Shown here piece by piece: positions 49,687-61,771 of a stretch of 64,000 nt of DNA. The stretch comes from Marsupella aquatica. Lineage: Eukaryota; Plantae; Marchantiophyta. The notes under the pieces were generated by a model. That model searched no databases. It was not told the DNA's origin and saw nothing but the letters and a program-made list of their open reading frames with translations. Positions within the stretch are counted from its first letter, which is position 1. Each line of letters begins with the position of its first letter. A program made the position numbers and the translations under genes. The DNA is taken from the NCBI GenBank assembly GCA_973895155.1, contig OZ316891.1, positions 1,665,324-1,729,323 on the forward strand, written 5' to 3'.

Positions 49687-51000
49687 TCAACGAGGAAGCT
49701 TGCCAGTAAGCTTGTTGTTGGTCATCAACCACTTCAAGGGCTGGTGGTCGGTGTAGAGAACAAACCTGGTCCCATAGAGGTAGGGCCTGTAATGTATGAC
49801 AGCCCACACAACAGCAAGGCATTCACCCTCATAAGAAGAACAATGACTCTCTGCCTGATTGTTGCTCCTGGATGCATAGGCAATGACGTACTCTTTACCT
49901 TCCTCATCATGCTGGCCCAGAATGGCACCAATCCCAAGGGCACTCCAATCTGTGTGTAGCACAAAGACCTTGTTGAAATCAGGTCTTCTCAGCACCGGGT
50001 ATTCTGAGAGCTTCTCCTTCAAAGTGGCAAATGCTGCCTCAGCATCTGTACTCCATGTCCAAGTCACATTCTTTTTCAACAAAGCATACAATGGGTGTGC
50101 AATGGTACTGAAATCTTTGATGTAGATCCGGTAGTAATTGCACAACCCAATAAAACTCCTCAAAGTGTGAACATCGGTAGGAGTGGGCATTTCCAAGATG
50201 GATACCACCTTGGCCCAGTGAGCCATGGTTCCATTTGGAAGAATGCGATGCCCAAGATATACTACTGATCTGACAGCAAATTCACACTTCTTGGGGTGTA
50301 TCTTTAGGTTCACCTTCTTAAGCCTCATGAATAGCTCCTCAAGGTCAAGTAGATGCTGGTCAAATCCTTTGCTGTGGACCAACACATCATCAATGTAGCA
50401 TTTCAGAAACTCAGCACCTTGAAGAACCTGGTCCATGACTCTTTGAAAGAATATGGGCGCATTCTTCAAGCCAAATGGCATCACCAACCACTCCCATAGT
50501 TGGTTACTACCATGGAAAGCTGTTTTCTTGCGGTCCTTTGCAAGCAGCAAAATCTGGTTAAAGCCTTGCCTTAGATCCACAAGAGTGAAGATGTCTGAGT
50601 CTCCAATGCTGTCAAATAGCTCCTCTGGCCGTGGCATGGGGTACCTGTCCTGGGGTGTGACCAGGTTTAGTGGCCTGTAGTCCCCACACATGCGCTTCTC
50701 TGTCCACAATCTACTGGAATCCTTCTTTGCTGGCATCACTGTAGCTGCTGCAAAATCTGATGTAGATGGCTGAACAAGACCAGCTTCATAGAGCTCTTGG
50801 CATCTCTCATCCACCAGCTGCCACTCATGCTTACTCAAACGGTGTCTCCGCCTGAAGATAGGTGTTTCATCAGCCAACTCAATGGAGAACTGCATAGTCT
50901 TGCACTTACCCAAGTCCTTCATAGAGAAAGCAAACACATTCTCATGCTTGAGGAGCAAATTCAGCAGCTGGTCCTTCTGTCTTTTACTCAGGTGGTTGCC
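49687..51000 (-). pseudogene. Reverse transcriptase and RNase H
   Basis: KRMCGDYRPLN, DLRQGFNQI, KKTAF, MPFGLKNAP, YIDD, LRSFIGLCNYYR; RNase H HTDWS, YEGECLAVV, YTDHQPL; in-frame TGA at 49687. Confidence 0.95.
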
Positions 51001-51359
51001 CATGATGAATGTGTAGTTGGCAACACTAGGAATAGGACCTGATGTACTCGTGCTTGAAGAGCCAGAAGTGCCAGCCTCTCCACTGTCCAAGCTGCTAGCA
51101 TGCTGCTGATAAGGTGATGAGGCCTCTCCAAGGCCTGTTGTATCTGTTGCTCTGGTCTGATCCACACCATGAAACTCAGAAATAATGTCAGCCACATTAC
51201 AAGGGACCTCCTCCCCCCCCCCAACACTTGGACTGAAGTGGTGAGTGTTGGACAGAGGTAAGTGCACCTGGTTTGGATGCCATGTAGCAGCACCATGGAG
51301 TGGTAGGGCTGGAACTCCTGATGCTGGATGAATGTACATCTGAAAAAGGATGCAAGTGA

Positions 51360-52300
51360 CCAGAAGCCAAGTGAGAGCATTAAGATCCATTACCCTGCCA
51401 AGTAAAGCATTTCTGGCTAGCCTGGTGATTTTGGTGTGACATGTAGTACCGGGTTGGAAGCCCATAGCCCGTTCTCTCTCCTCAGGACTAGGTTCATCCC
51501 ATGTACCGGTAGAATGTCGATAAACCAGGCCAGGACCATCACCCTGAAAAGCATGTGCACCTGGAAAGGACACAAATGTAGGCCAAGCAGCACGGGGCTG
51601 TCCAATGGTATTAGCTGGATACCAAGGTGCTGGCTCTTGCCGTGTAACTGGTTGGCAAGAACTGTCAGGATCCAAAATCTGGTCCACTGTGAGGTTAGTG
51701 TCCCTGGATGTGTGCTGAAGAGCTAACTCCAACAAGGAAGGTGGTGCAAGGTTAGTCCAAAAGTTACGAAGACGATGTGCATAAGAACCACAGTGCACTG
51801 CATCAATGAGAAGGGGTGGTCCCAAGTAGTGCTGGACCACATTGAAATCCTCTTTGACCTATGGACGCTGGTCAAACTGAGATGGAGTATTCTCAATGAT
51901 ATAACCAACAGCAGGATAAAGGGATTGAGCCCAGGTGAGAATCTGAACCAATGCTGTGAAAAGGCCAGAATGAGAATCATGCAGTCCAACACCGTGACCA
52001 GTAGCTGAAAACCCTTGGCATTCCCAACCAGCTATGATCAAATCAAGGGAGCCAAGAAGGGTTAAGTGCCGGTGTTGGACAAGCTGGATATCTGGAGGGA
52101 AGAAAGAAAATGCAAACTTCCATGCACTGTGTGGAAACTGCTGGGGAAATCGCTCTGAAAATTCCAGCAGACGGGATTTAGCCACTTGCCTTGCACCTGG
52201 ATCAATGTCCACGTAGATGTACTGCTTCACCACCATGCCAGACTGTAGGAGAGCTTCCAGGCCTGTAGAAATGCCACCAAAAAGCTCAAGCAATGTAAGG
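51360..52300 (-). pseudogene. DNMT3-like C5 cytosine methyltransferase domain within pol (one in-frame TAG at 51859-51861)
   Basis: Motif I LLELFGGISTG, II YVDID, IV DLIIAGWECQGFS, SGLF, VI IIEN, VIII IDAVHCGSYAHRLRNFWTNL, IX ERERAMGF, X LLGRVM; same order and wording as DNMT3 catalytic domains; in frame with RT. Confidence 0.9.
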
Positions 52301-52544
52301 CCATCTGAAGGAGGAGTCCATGTAACTGGTGCGCTCAAGATTGGGGCTATTGGCTGTCCATTGTGCTGCCCAAGGTCTTCAAACTTGCGCAATGCAGCCA
52401 CCAAAGGTCCATGGGCTGCTTGGAGCCGTTGTACCACCTCTGGTTGATGATCCACGTTGCTGGAAAGTGCTGCTATACGTGCAGTAGCCACCTCATCATC
52501 ATCCTCCTCAATCCAATCCTGCAATGGGTGGTTGACATAGGCAG

Positions 52545-53417
52545 CTATGTGCACTGCTTGCAACACACAATGGTGAGCCATAGGTGTATGGGCACCATGC
52601 AAATCAAGTGGAATGTAGCCCAAGTGTGAGCCATCCGTATGCCAATCAACTCTGTAGTATGCATGCTCATGCCAGTTGTCAATGGTAAAACCTGGTGGGA
52701 ACAAAGCCTCCTGGCCAATGAGCACATCATACGTAGTGGCATTGGTAACCAAACATCTGACTGGGAATGCAATCCCTGATCTGTACCTCCATTAAAAGTG
52801 AGAGTAAGTAAAGTAGAACTCTCACCCAACACATCCTCCACAGTGCCACTAGCAGTCCGAATGTGCCACCTGGATTGCTGTAAATGATCAGTCAGCAGTC
52901 CCATCTTCTTGGCAAACTAAATGCCCAATATCATTGGTTGAGCGCCTGTGTCCAGCATGACCACTTGAGGAGTGTGACCCTCCAACTTGACCGCTGAATT
53001 CCTATTGTCAACAATGGCAATGGTGGTGGAAACTGAAGTCCTATCGCTAGGCACCACTTTTGGCAAATGATGAGGTACCTTGTGAAGGGAGTTAGTGTCC
53101 ACGGTCTTTCCACTCAACAGCATAGTCAGGAAAGATGGAGCAGCATGACCAGAATCCAGTGTAGCTCTAGTCACACAATCTGCAGCAATACTGTCATCTC
53201 TACCACTGGAAATTGGTGCTGGGATAGCCAAACCAGTGGAAGCATGTAATGGAGAAGAAGAAGGTCCAGTATGTACATGAGATTGGACCTCCAAAACTGG
53301 TGTCACAGGGGCTGATGAAGAATGCAGTGAGCCCTCTAGCGCTCTGATGATAGCTCTAGCATCCAGCTGTAAATCATGGCAACTGAAAAGTGGAGTGGTA
53401 AGAATCCTTTGTGCCAT
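52545..53417 (-). pseudogene. Aspartic protease region of pol (stop and frameshift)
   Basis: VMLDTGAQ active site; IRTASG flap; YDVLIG closing motif in the next frame. Confidence 0.85.
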
Positions 53418-54937
53418 ACCGGAGGTGAAATGCTCAAGCAGCTAAGGAGAAACAACTCCCTATGAAATGTCAGTAGCACCTGGTGGTGGAATGGATGTAG
53501 CTGCAGCTCTCTCCCCCCTCGCCAACAAGGTGCGCTCTTCAGCAAGGGTAAGGGTAGAGGGGCTGAACTGTCAGTGGTGCCGATGGGTTGCACGTGACCA
53601 GCCGGTTGAGAAGGACTAGCAGAGGCAGGTGACTTGCCTTTGATGTGGGCAAGTTGGGCACGTAGGGACTCAACCTCATGAGTCAAAGACTGGAGTTGAG
53701 TTGCCTGTTCGTTGTGAGCCTCCTTCTGAGCTGGTTGCTTCTGTTGCTGCTTGGGCGATTTGTTGGCACCAAGTGCTTTGCCATTGGAAGGAGGAGCAAC
53801 TGAGGCAATAGGAGCCCTCCTAGCTGGTGGGGGAGTGGAAGCAGGAGCAGGATGAGGGGCCTGCTGGCGTAGCTGCTTCCTCTCTGGGAATTTTGCAAAA
53901 CAAACTGCCTCCAAGTGACCCACTTTCCCGCAAAAATCACAAGACAGATCCTCAGCAACAATATCACATTTATTAGCCTTGTGATTGGGGTTACCACAGT
54001 AGTTGCAAGATGGCAGCATGAAAGCAACATGGGCTGGCTTGGTCTTGGAAGCATACTGTGGCACACGGGAAGGAGTGGCCAGTGTAGGGGCAGCAGCCTG
54101 GTACCTAGATTGCGGTGGACATGCAATACTGGCCTCATAATGTGCATGGGCCAACTCAAGTTTCTTAGCAGTGTCATAGACATTGAGCAGGGTGTAGCTG
54201 TCTCCAAACTCTGAGAATACTTGCTGCAACACTTGCAAATGGAGAGCTGGTGTGCCCTCCAATGCGCAAAGATAGCGATGAGCAGCTTCCAGGTCAGTGA
54301 TGCTTTGGGTGTCCTCCTTCAGCTTGAGAAGTCGGCGATACATCATCTTCAATGTTTCATCGCGCTGCCTCACAAAGGTGGCCAATTGCATGATTTTGTC
54401 AGCACTCTTGATTGGGAATTCCAATTCAACAACCTGGAAAAACTCAGCGACTGGATCAGCAAAGGCAGGAGAATCAATAGTGGGAGAAATGCCTGATGTA
54501 GCCTGTGCCAAGACAGTGGGAGTAACTGGCGCAGTGGTAGGAACTGGAGTAGGAGGGGAAGTGGCAGGAGCAGCAGCATGGGCTGTAATGGCATTCTGTA
54601 AGGCCAATTGTGAGGCTGCCACAATTGCACTGGCATAGGTAGGGTTAGGCAACTGTGTGACAGCAAGCAGCCGTTGAGAGTGCTGCTCATACACATCCAA
54701 AGCCTCATAGTGCACATACCTGGCTAGTTGCTTGAATGCAAAAGCATTGGTGAAATTGCTGCCGTACTTCAACTCCAATTTGTAAATGACAGTGTAGAAA
54801 GTGGATTTGAACTCACGCAAAGAAATAGTGCCTGGCCGCCCGCTGAAGCGCTCAATGCGGCCAGATGAGTGGCTAGCATCCATGCTGTATGTCGGTGAAG
54901 CTGGAACAACCACTAATGCAGAAGGGGTAAATGGCAA
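53336..54937 (-). CDS. Gag with two CCHC zinc knuckles
   Basis: RIERFSG N-terminal motif; CNYCGNPNHKANKC and CDFCGKVGHLEAVC; the C-terminus probably shifts frame at the G-run near 53515. Confidence 0.9.
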   Translation of the reverse strand: MPFTPSALVVVPASPTYSMDASHSSGRIERFSGRPGTISLREFKSTFYTVIYKLELKYGSNFTNAFAFKQLARYVHYEALDVYEQHSQRLLAVTQLPNPTYASAIVAASQLALQNAITAHAAAPATSPPTPVPTTAPVTPTVLAQATSGISPTIDSPAFADPVAEFFQVVELEFPIKSADKIMQLATFVRQRDETLKMMYRRLLKLKEDTQSITDLEAAHRYLCALEGTPALHLQVLQQVFSEFGDSYTLLNVYDTAKKLELAHAHYEASIACPPQSRYQAAAPTLATPSRVPQYASKTKPAHVAFMLPSCNYCGNPNHKANKCDIVAEDLSCDFCGKVGHLEAVCFAKFPERKQLRQQAPHPAPASTPPPARRAPIASVAPPSNGKALGANKSPKQQQKQPAQKEAHNEQATQLQSLTHEVESLRAQLAHIKGKSPASASPSQPAGHVQPIGTTDSSAPLPLPLLKSAPCWRGGRELQLHPFHHQVLLTFHRELFLLSCLSISPPVWHKGFLPLHFSVAMIYSWMLELSSER

Positions 54938-56862
54938 GGAAGTGATAGCAGGCTTCGGGGTAGTGGTGAAGCGACCGCCAAATTGAGCAGAAGGATTGCA
55001 TGGTGTGGGTGCTGTTGCTGTCTGCGGACGTTGTCAAAATTGCTGAGACTCCAATGAAATTGGCACCAACGGTCGTGGATCACTCCGTAAGTGGTACCGG
55101 GGTGTCGGTGGCGATGAGCTGCTACGACTCGGCTCCTCTGCTGACATGCTGCATGCTCACCTGGGGTGCCAATGGAAAAGAAACTGACAAGAAAAATAAA
55201 TGGCAGCCTCAAGGCTAGAAAATTAACCTACAATGAAGCAACGGCGTGAGGCAAAAATGCCGTGGCCTCGATGTGCATACCCGAGCGTGTAGCCCTATGC
55301 GGATTACCCGGCGGTTACCAAATGTCCGGGACCAAATGTCAGCGACTGTGAAGAAATATAATGAAATGGACCCCCTTAAGTGTATACATCGGGGCCCCCT
55401 GTAATTATGCATTGGGCCCGATGTGGACCCGGGAACTGACGGAAGGCGCACATCGACGGAAAAGAAAAATCAGGTGGGGACCGGCAACCGAGCGAGTGTG
55501 CATACACACTCGGGCACGGTGCCCTATGCAGTCGAAGGGAGGTTCTCGCGCGGCGTTTGAGGCAAGTCGACGCCTTGCCGGCTACAACCCACGGATTGCA
55601 GGTCGCGGCAGCTGGGCTGGAAAATGGAAAAATGGGTCTGCAAAATGCGAACGGGGCCCAATGTATATACACATCGGCCCTATGTGGACCTGAGAAATGA
55701 CAGCAGGTCGATCGTCGCGCGGCGAAAAAGTGAGAATGGCCGAAAAAGGGGAAAACGGGACCCAAGGCGAGGCGAGGAAAAAAAACAGAAGAAGCAGAAG
55801 TGGGCCTTAATTGCGCAAGCCCTGCATAGGGCTTCGCGCCGCCCCCTCCTTAAGTCCTTACGAGCTCCCGAAGGGAAGCTACGAGTTCCCCCTTCCCCTC
55901 CTTAATGATTCCTGGTGGGCCTCGTGCCCTGCAGAAGTGTGACTCCCAAGAGGAGGGAGTCTAATTGAATTCCCCCTCCCCTCTTTAATTCAGCATAGGG
56001 CCTCGTGCCCACTCCTTGCGCTGCTGCCTCGGGTCTGTCTCCCCCCTCCTTTAATGCTGCTAAATGTGCTTCGTGCCCTGCAGGACTCCTGAGAAGGGAG
56101 TCGTATGTATTCCCCCTCTCCCCCTCTTTTAATTCCTCATAGGGCTTCGTGCCCTCCTTTCGCTTCCCCCTCTCCTGCGTGGCTGGTGCGCGGCTCCCCA
56201 CTCCCTCCTCTTTAATGCTGAAATGGGGCCTGGCAGCATGACTCCAGAGAGAGAGAGAGAGAGTCGTATGTACTCCCCCCTCCTTACTGCTTCAGAGGCG
56301 CGAAGCTGGCTCGGCAGCCGTGGCCGGGAGAGACAAAAAAAAACGTTTGAGGGGCCCCGAAGGGTCGATGCGAGCGGGGGCTCAGCTCCCTATGTACAGA
56401 CTGCGAAGAGCCGGGGGTGGTAGCAAAAAATGGGCACACGGCCCTATACACTGACAGTCGGGAGGTGGCAGGGAGGGACCACGGCCGGAAACTGCAATAA
56501 TCGGGCCCCAATCGTTGCGCTACGGCCGGGGCAAGTTCACCAGCAGTGTGTGGCCGGGAAAATACCGAAAATGGCCCGAAAAGGTCAAACGTGCACGAGG
56601 GCGCAGTGCCCTATGCAGCAGCCGGAAGCAAGTTTGCAACAGCAGGTCGGCAATCGACGGAGGGGTCGTGGATACACCCGGGAAGGAAAAACTGGGTTCC
56701 AATAGAAGCGTTATGTGTATACATAACGTGACATTAAACCCATAATTTCAACCAGTCCCTGCTCAAAGAAATGGCATCGACTTCGATGGGAATTGTCTGA
56801 ACCAACACGAGCAGCTAAGAAGCACGTCTCCGATTTCCTTCCCCTTACCACAATTCTTCTTG

Positions 56863-57221
56863 AATAAAAGGCGTAAGAGAAACAAGCGTACTGAAATTGA
56901 ATCGAAAACTGGCAGGATGCCAAGATTGGCCGGGAGCATCTAACGAATCACTGTGTGAATCCCGTGTACAGAACCGACGAGCACTATCTGAGCTCTGTCA
57001 ACAGCGATTCAAGAAGAACTAAAAACCAACAAAGAAAGACATGCCCTAAGCAAGCAAAGTCCTGGCGTCACACTAACAAGCACATTTTCTTCAAGAACGA
57101 CCCAGACTTGCTACAAGAACATGTCGCTAACTCAGGTAGTACACTAGCCCTAACTACATACCTAGCGGGCATGAGAGGGACATGCCGATGTGCATAAGAG
57201 GCAATGTCCCTCGGCATGACA
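56863..57221 (-). repeat. Terminal repeat b1 (359 bp), 5' end of the element
   Basis: Copy of 47440-47798; no a-type sequence on either side. Confidence 0.95.
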
Positions 57222-58899
57222 TGGCGGCCCATGGGAGTTTTAAGCTTATAAGTTGTTAATTGTGAGTGTGAAGATCATTTTTAGTTGCCCCTGCAAGACA
57301 ACTAGAGAAGCAGGAGACTTGAAAAAACACAACCTCAAACACAAGCTTGCCTAATATTCCATATTAACACTGAGAATGAAAAAATCTAATAGATTTTAAT
57401 TACCCCTTGGCATACCATGATGAATAACTCAAATAATAATGGCTAAAACTTCAGTGTCACTTTGATGGAAGTGTGGCTTCCCTACTCCTCTAGCACATAC
57501 TCAAAACTAAAAAATATTTGAATTTATGAACATTAAGTTATCCGGGGTAAGTTATTACAATTAAACTCAAATTCTTGGAAATGCGGTCTATGGGGGTTTT
57601 CAAAGACCAACGTTTTGGTCCATGGGAGCATCATTTTCATATTCAGATGGAGCCTAAAAGATGCAATAGAAATATCAAATTTAGCAAAAATCATAAGACA
57701 TTAAGAACCACTCTTGTGATTCTTTAACAATGAATACTCTCCTTGCTAGCAAAAATTCCTACCTATTTGCATCATACAATACCTCCTGCACACCCCAATT
57801 GTTCTCTGAATCAAAGTTTCATCCCTCTCCAGTTGTTGAGGTTGTCCCTCCAGTGTCTACAATTGTGCCTTACATTTGCCCCCATTATACATCTTGGGGG
57901 TAGATATGAAGTTCCAAGTTTTGCTACTAGTGACTTCAGGCTTCATGGCAGAATTATGGCAAGCTCGACCCCAAGCACAAGGCCATGCCTGGACAAGTAT
58001 CACTGCACTTTCAGTGACCCTTAATGTATTCTAAAGTTTTCTGGCATCTGAGACTAGCTAGCTCTAGATGTCCTCCCATCTTGGAGAATAAGACCTTTCA
58101 CTTCAGGAACAATAATAGCAAAGGTGGAAACTGGATTCAGGACAAGTTGGTTACAGGTGGCTGACCAGGATCCACTCCTTGTCCTAAGAGCATCTCCACC
58201 GGGTCCAGCAAATAGCCCTGTAACCTCCATTTAGGCATATGGCGATTCCACATATGCGGGCAGGATGTCCCACTGGCACCCTGCAACCCCTAAACTGATG
58301 GCAGCCCACCGAAAAGTTGCAGACCCTGACCGCCAGATTCATATGCGTTGGCGGTCAGAGAATGTGCCCCCATTTTGACTCCCAGAAGGATCGATGATTG
58401 AATGTGTACACTGGGGTGCAATCTGGCTCAAGCTTGAGTTCCCGCTTGGAGAGTTTCCCGCACTCGACAAATTTTTTTGTGCAAATTTTGCGGGGTGCAG
58501 GTGGGGGTCAGCGAGGAGGGTCTCGGGCCAGCATCCTTCAGACCTGAACAAATATGAGGCAAATTTTTGGGATAGGGGCCACGAGTGCCCGAACGGGTGG
58601 AGATGCTCTAAGATGGTAATTGGTGATCCTCGTACAAGGCTGGTGGGTGGTTTCCGGACCTGCCCTTTGGTTGTCGTGTGCTTGGGCAATATCTCTGTCA
58701 AAAAGAAAGGAAGAAAATATATAGTTCTTATGGACCTAAGTTTGCTCATGTATCACTGCATGCATGCATTGTATGTCTTTAAATAACTAACTGCCTGCAA
58801 ATCTAAATATACACACTTATGTGGAGAAGTTGCTTGTAAGGGCGTGCATAGTAGGCAAGAGAGTCAAGCTGATGGATTATTGATTACTCTATTGATTGT

Positions 58900-59690
58900 T
58901 TAACCTCTGTTTGTCTTCAGGCTGACCTAGGTGCGCGTATGCATGGTTTAACCTATCTGACATCCTTGCCAAGGCATTTGTAACAGACCAAGTTTGGATT
59001 CTTTCATTAGGAGGGAAGGGTGGCTTCAGGCCTGGCTTCAGGTCACTCGTTTCAGGGTCTCCCTATAAGGACCCCCCTACATCACTTACAATGTTTTAGG
59101 TTGCGTACACCCTAAACTTTAGAATTTTTTGGGGGATATTTTACCCTTATCGATTTGGAGTATTCCAAAATTTGGTGTTTTGAAAGCCCATCTTATAATT
59201 CTCAAATTGGATTTCAAATACCGTAATTGTCTTAGACAGTTTTTAAGGGCTTCGCTTATAGCCAAAAAACCAACTATATGTTAATTTCTTTGCATGTGAT
59301 TTGTCATTTTTGCTGAAATGTGACCCATGAGGCCAACCCCACCATTCTTCATTTGCAGATGTTTTTAAAGGAGTTCCCAATAGCCATGCATCTTTGTATG
59401 GGGTTAGCCCGCTCACTTCTTGTAGGCTCAACTAGTTCTTGCACATGTGGGGAACCTGGTGATGCCACATAAATCCATCTTCTTTGGTGCTGCACAGGTG
59501 GAGAGACCATAGTTGTTTGTGATCCTAAGAGGGATACTAATTCGTAGCTTCTCGTCGGGACTTTGGTGCATGAGCAGCAGGAGGCGATGTTCAATTGGCC
59601 TGGTCTTCCACCATAGGGATTCAGTGTTGACCTTACTGTCCATGATAGCCAGTGTACCTTGCCTGATTTTGATGTGGTGAACCCTTTATT
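58900..59690 (+). mobile_element. Degenerate CRE-like fragment interrupted by a MITE
   Basis: 59332-59420 is the reverse complement of about 40955-41045; 58900-59030 resembles the LQVDL and ILSxGGKG segments of the 40-43 kb copy. Confidence 0.65.
59050..59331 (-). mobile_element. MITE family 2, old inverted copy
   Basis: Reverse complement aligns with 19394-19696 (tattccaaaatttgg, attctcaaattggattt, tgtcatttttg); TSD decayed. Confidence 0.65.
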
Positions 59691-61697
59691 TCCTGTTTAT
59701 CTCTCTTTTGTTTTGGTGGATAGTTTTCTATCGCTGGATGTACAAACTTAACTTGAGACTTTGCATGCACGGAGGTCTAATTTGGGAAGGAGATCTACTC
59801 TAGGCAACAGGTAGCTTGGATGCCAGATACAGGCTTGTGGCCCAGGATGACTACCACTCACTTGCCCTACCAGTGCCACCTCTCCCATTGCATGAGCCGC
59901 AAGTGAGGGGGTTTACAAATCAGAGACCGGTCACTTCCAAGATAGTGCTTTCAAAATTTGGTCACAACCATCAAGTGATTAACTGTCCATTTTGGCTTTA
60001 TCCAAAATTGAGAGGTCACTTATACAAGAAATCTGGCAATCCTACTTTGCATGGATTGGAATGGGTCCCCCAAAATGATTATGTGGATAGTGTAGTTCTG
60101 GCCAAAGTTTAGACCACCCCTTTGGGTGGTATTTTCGTATTCTTATCAGTACTCTATTAAAGATTGTTTGACCACCTTTTTTTGTCCTAAATGGAACTTG
60201 GATAAGGTATGGTAAAACACAAGTGAGAGTTAGCTTTTGTCCGCTCGTTTGTCGGCAGCCCTCATTAGAAGGGTATTTTAAAGGTTTCTCCTTTTCTGGA
60301 AGGGTGGAGACTGTCACCATGTGTGAATCTGTAAGCATTGTCCTTACTCAATTTTCCAAAACTAAGTTCTGATAATCAGATCTCACTAGATTTAAGGATG
60401 ACCATCAGATTCTGGCGCTTGTGACTAGGTTGGGAATTGCCTAATTTAAAAAAAAGCATGTGTAGAAATTTTGCAAAAAGTGGTGAGATGAAATTTGACA
60501 ATTTTTGCCACGAAAAGTGTCCCACTTCGTAGGGTCCCTCAAACTAGCTCATTCCATGAAGTTTTCTTTGACCAAAATTTTGCGGCAGGGTACCAAAAGA
60601 ATCTGCTTTTCCCCACATGAATCTGCTTTTCCCACAAAATGTGGCTATCAGAGGTGGTCAGCGCTGGTACCTTCACCAAAAATTGCGCTATGTTATATGT
60701 GTTGGCACCCCTCAAGAATTATTGGTGCCCATTTGACCTGCAGGAGCATGTTGAAACCAGTCTCGAAGGGAACACATAGAATACATTTCTCACAGCGCCT
60801 TACTGAAAAATACTGAAAAGAACCAGGATAGAGCAGGTTTGCAATCCCTTAGTGTATGAGAGATATCCATCGCTAGACTGTCTAGAGAGAAGTTTGGTTA
60901 GATTCACCTTGTGCCAGATATTGATTATCCAATCCTATCGGTATGAGATCTACAATCAGGACCGGGAATGATTATCTCATGATCAGAAACCACTCAAGTG
61001 GGCTAGATCCACGCACAGGCCATAATATCTAATCTCACAGCTACAATCAACAGAATGATTATCGCATGATCAGAAGTTCCGCAAGTGGGTTAGATTCACC
61101 CTGTGGAGAGGTTATAATTATCTAGTTCAATCTGGATCCATTCCGTTGGAAAAGATCTACACTGAACGAAATGATGGCCTCTGATCTGCCGAAACATCTA
61201 CACTGTGACCTAAAGAGATTGTACACCAGGAGTTCTCGAAAATGTAGAAGAAAAGGGAAGGTACTGTAGCTAAAGGGCAGCGCCAAGATTTGAAAATCTT
61301 CGATGATTGTTCAGCTTTTGCCCTTGGATGTGTTTTCCAACTGGTCTCGTGTACTCCACAGAATGGACATTTGTGGAAGATTTACTGTTTGGAAAAGCGT
61401 ACTGCATCACAAGCAATCTTAACATACTAAATTTACCCATTGCTGTTTGCAACGCGGATCAGGCCCCACTTTTAATGGCCCATTGGATGGGATCACCGAC
61501 TCCCCTAGAACTGTCCTTCGATGCGTTCACCGAGTCTGTGACTACCATCGATTTCAAGCACCCCTAATCGCCTCTACCCTACAGAGCTTTCTGAGTTACA
61601 AGTAAAGGTTACCAGGTAGCATATTTCAATTTTTTCTTAGGTTCGGCTCCGCACTTTAGAGCATTCACCATTTCAGGTTTTCACCTCTATGGACCGG

Positions 61698-61771
61698 ACC
61701 GGGCAGAACAAACAAACAGACGAAACCGGGCAGAACAAACAAACAGAAAAATCCGGGCAGAACAAACAAAC
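61698..61771. repeat. Tandem repeat of about 27 bp x3
   Basis: ccgggcagaacaaacaaac three times. Confidence 0.9.

Larger units (their letters stand above)
47265..57221 (-). mobile_element. Ty3/Gypsy-type retroelement with DNMT3-like methyltransferase, PHD finger and split direct repeats
   Basis: Termini tgtcgtg...catgaca; 4-bp TSD TGGC (47261-47264, 57222-57225); gag-PR-DNMT-RT-RH-INT-PHD order on the minus strand. Confidence 0.95.

Noticed and set aside
47265-57221. DIRS/Ngaro classification
   Set aside because: No tyrosine recombinase ORF seen; protease, DDE integrase, TG...CA ends and a TSD are Gypsy traits.
59790-60350. Possible Gypsy integrase relic (LPVPPLP, SKFGH-like words)
   Set aside because: Too degenerate to support without a profile search.
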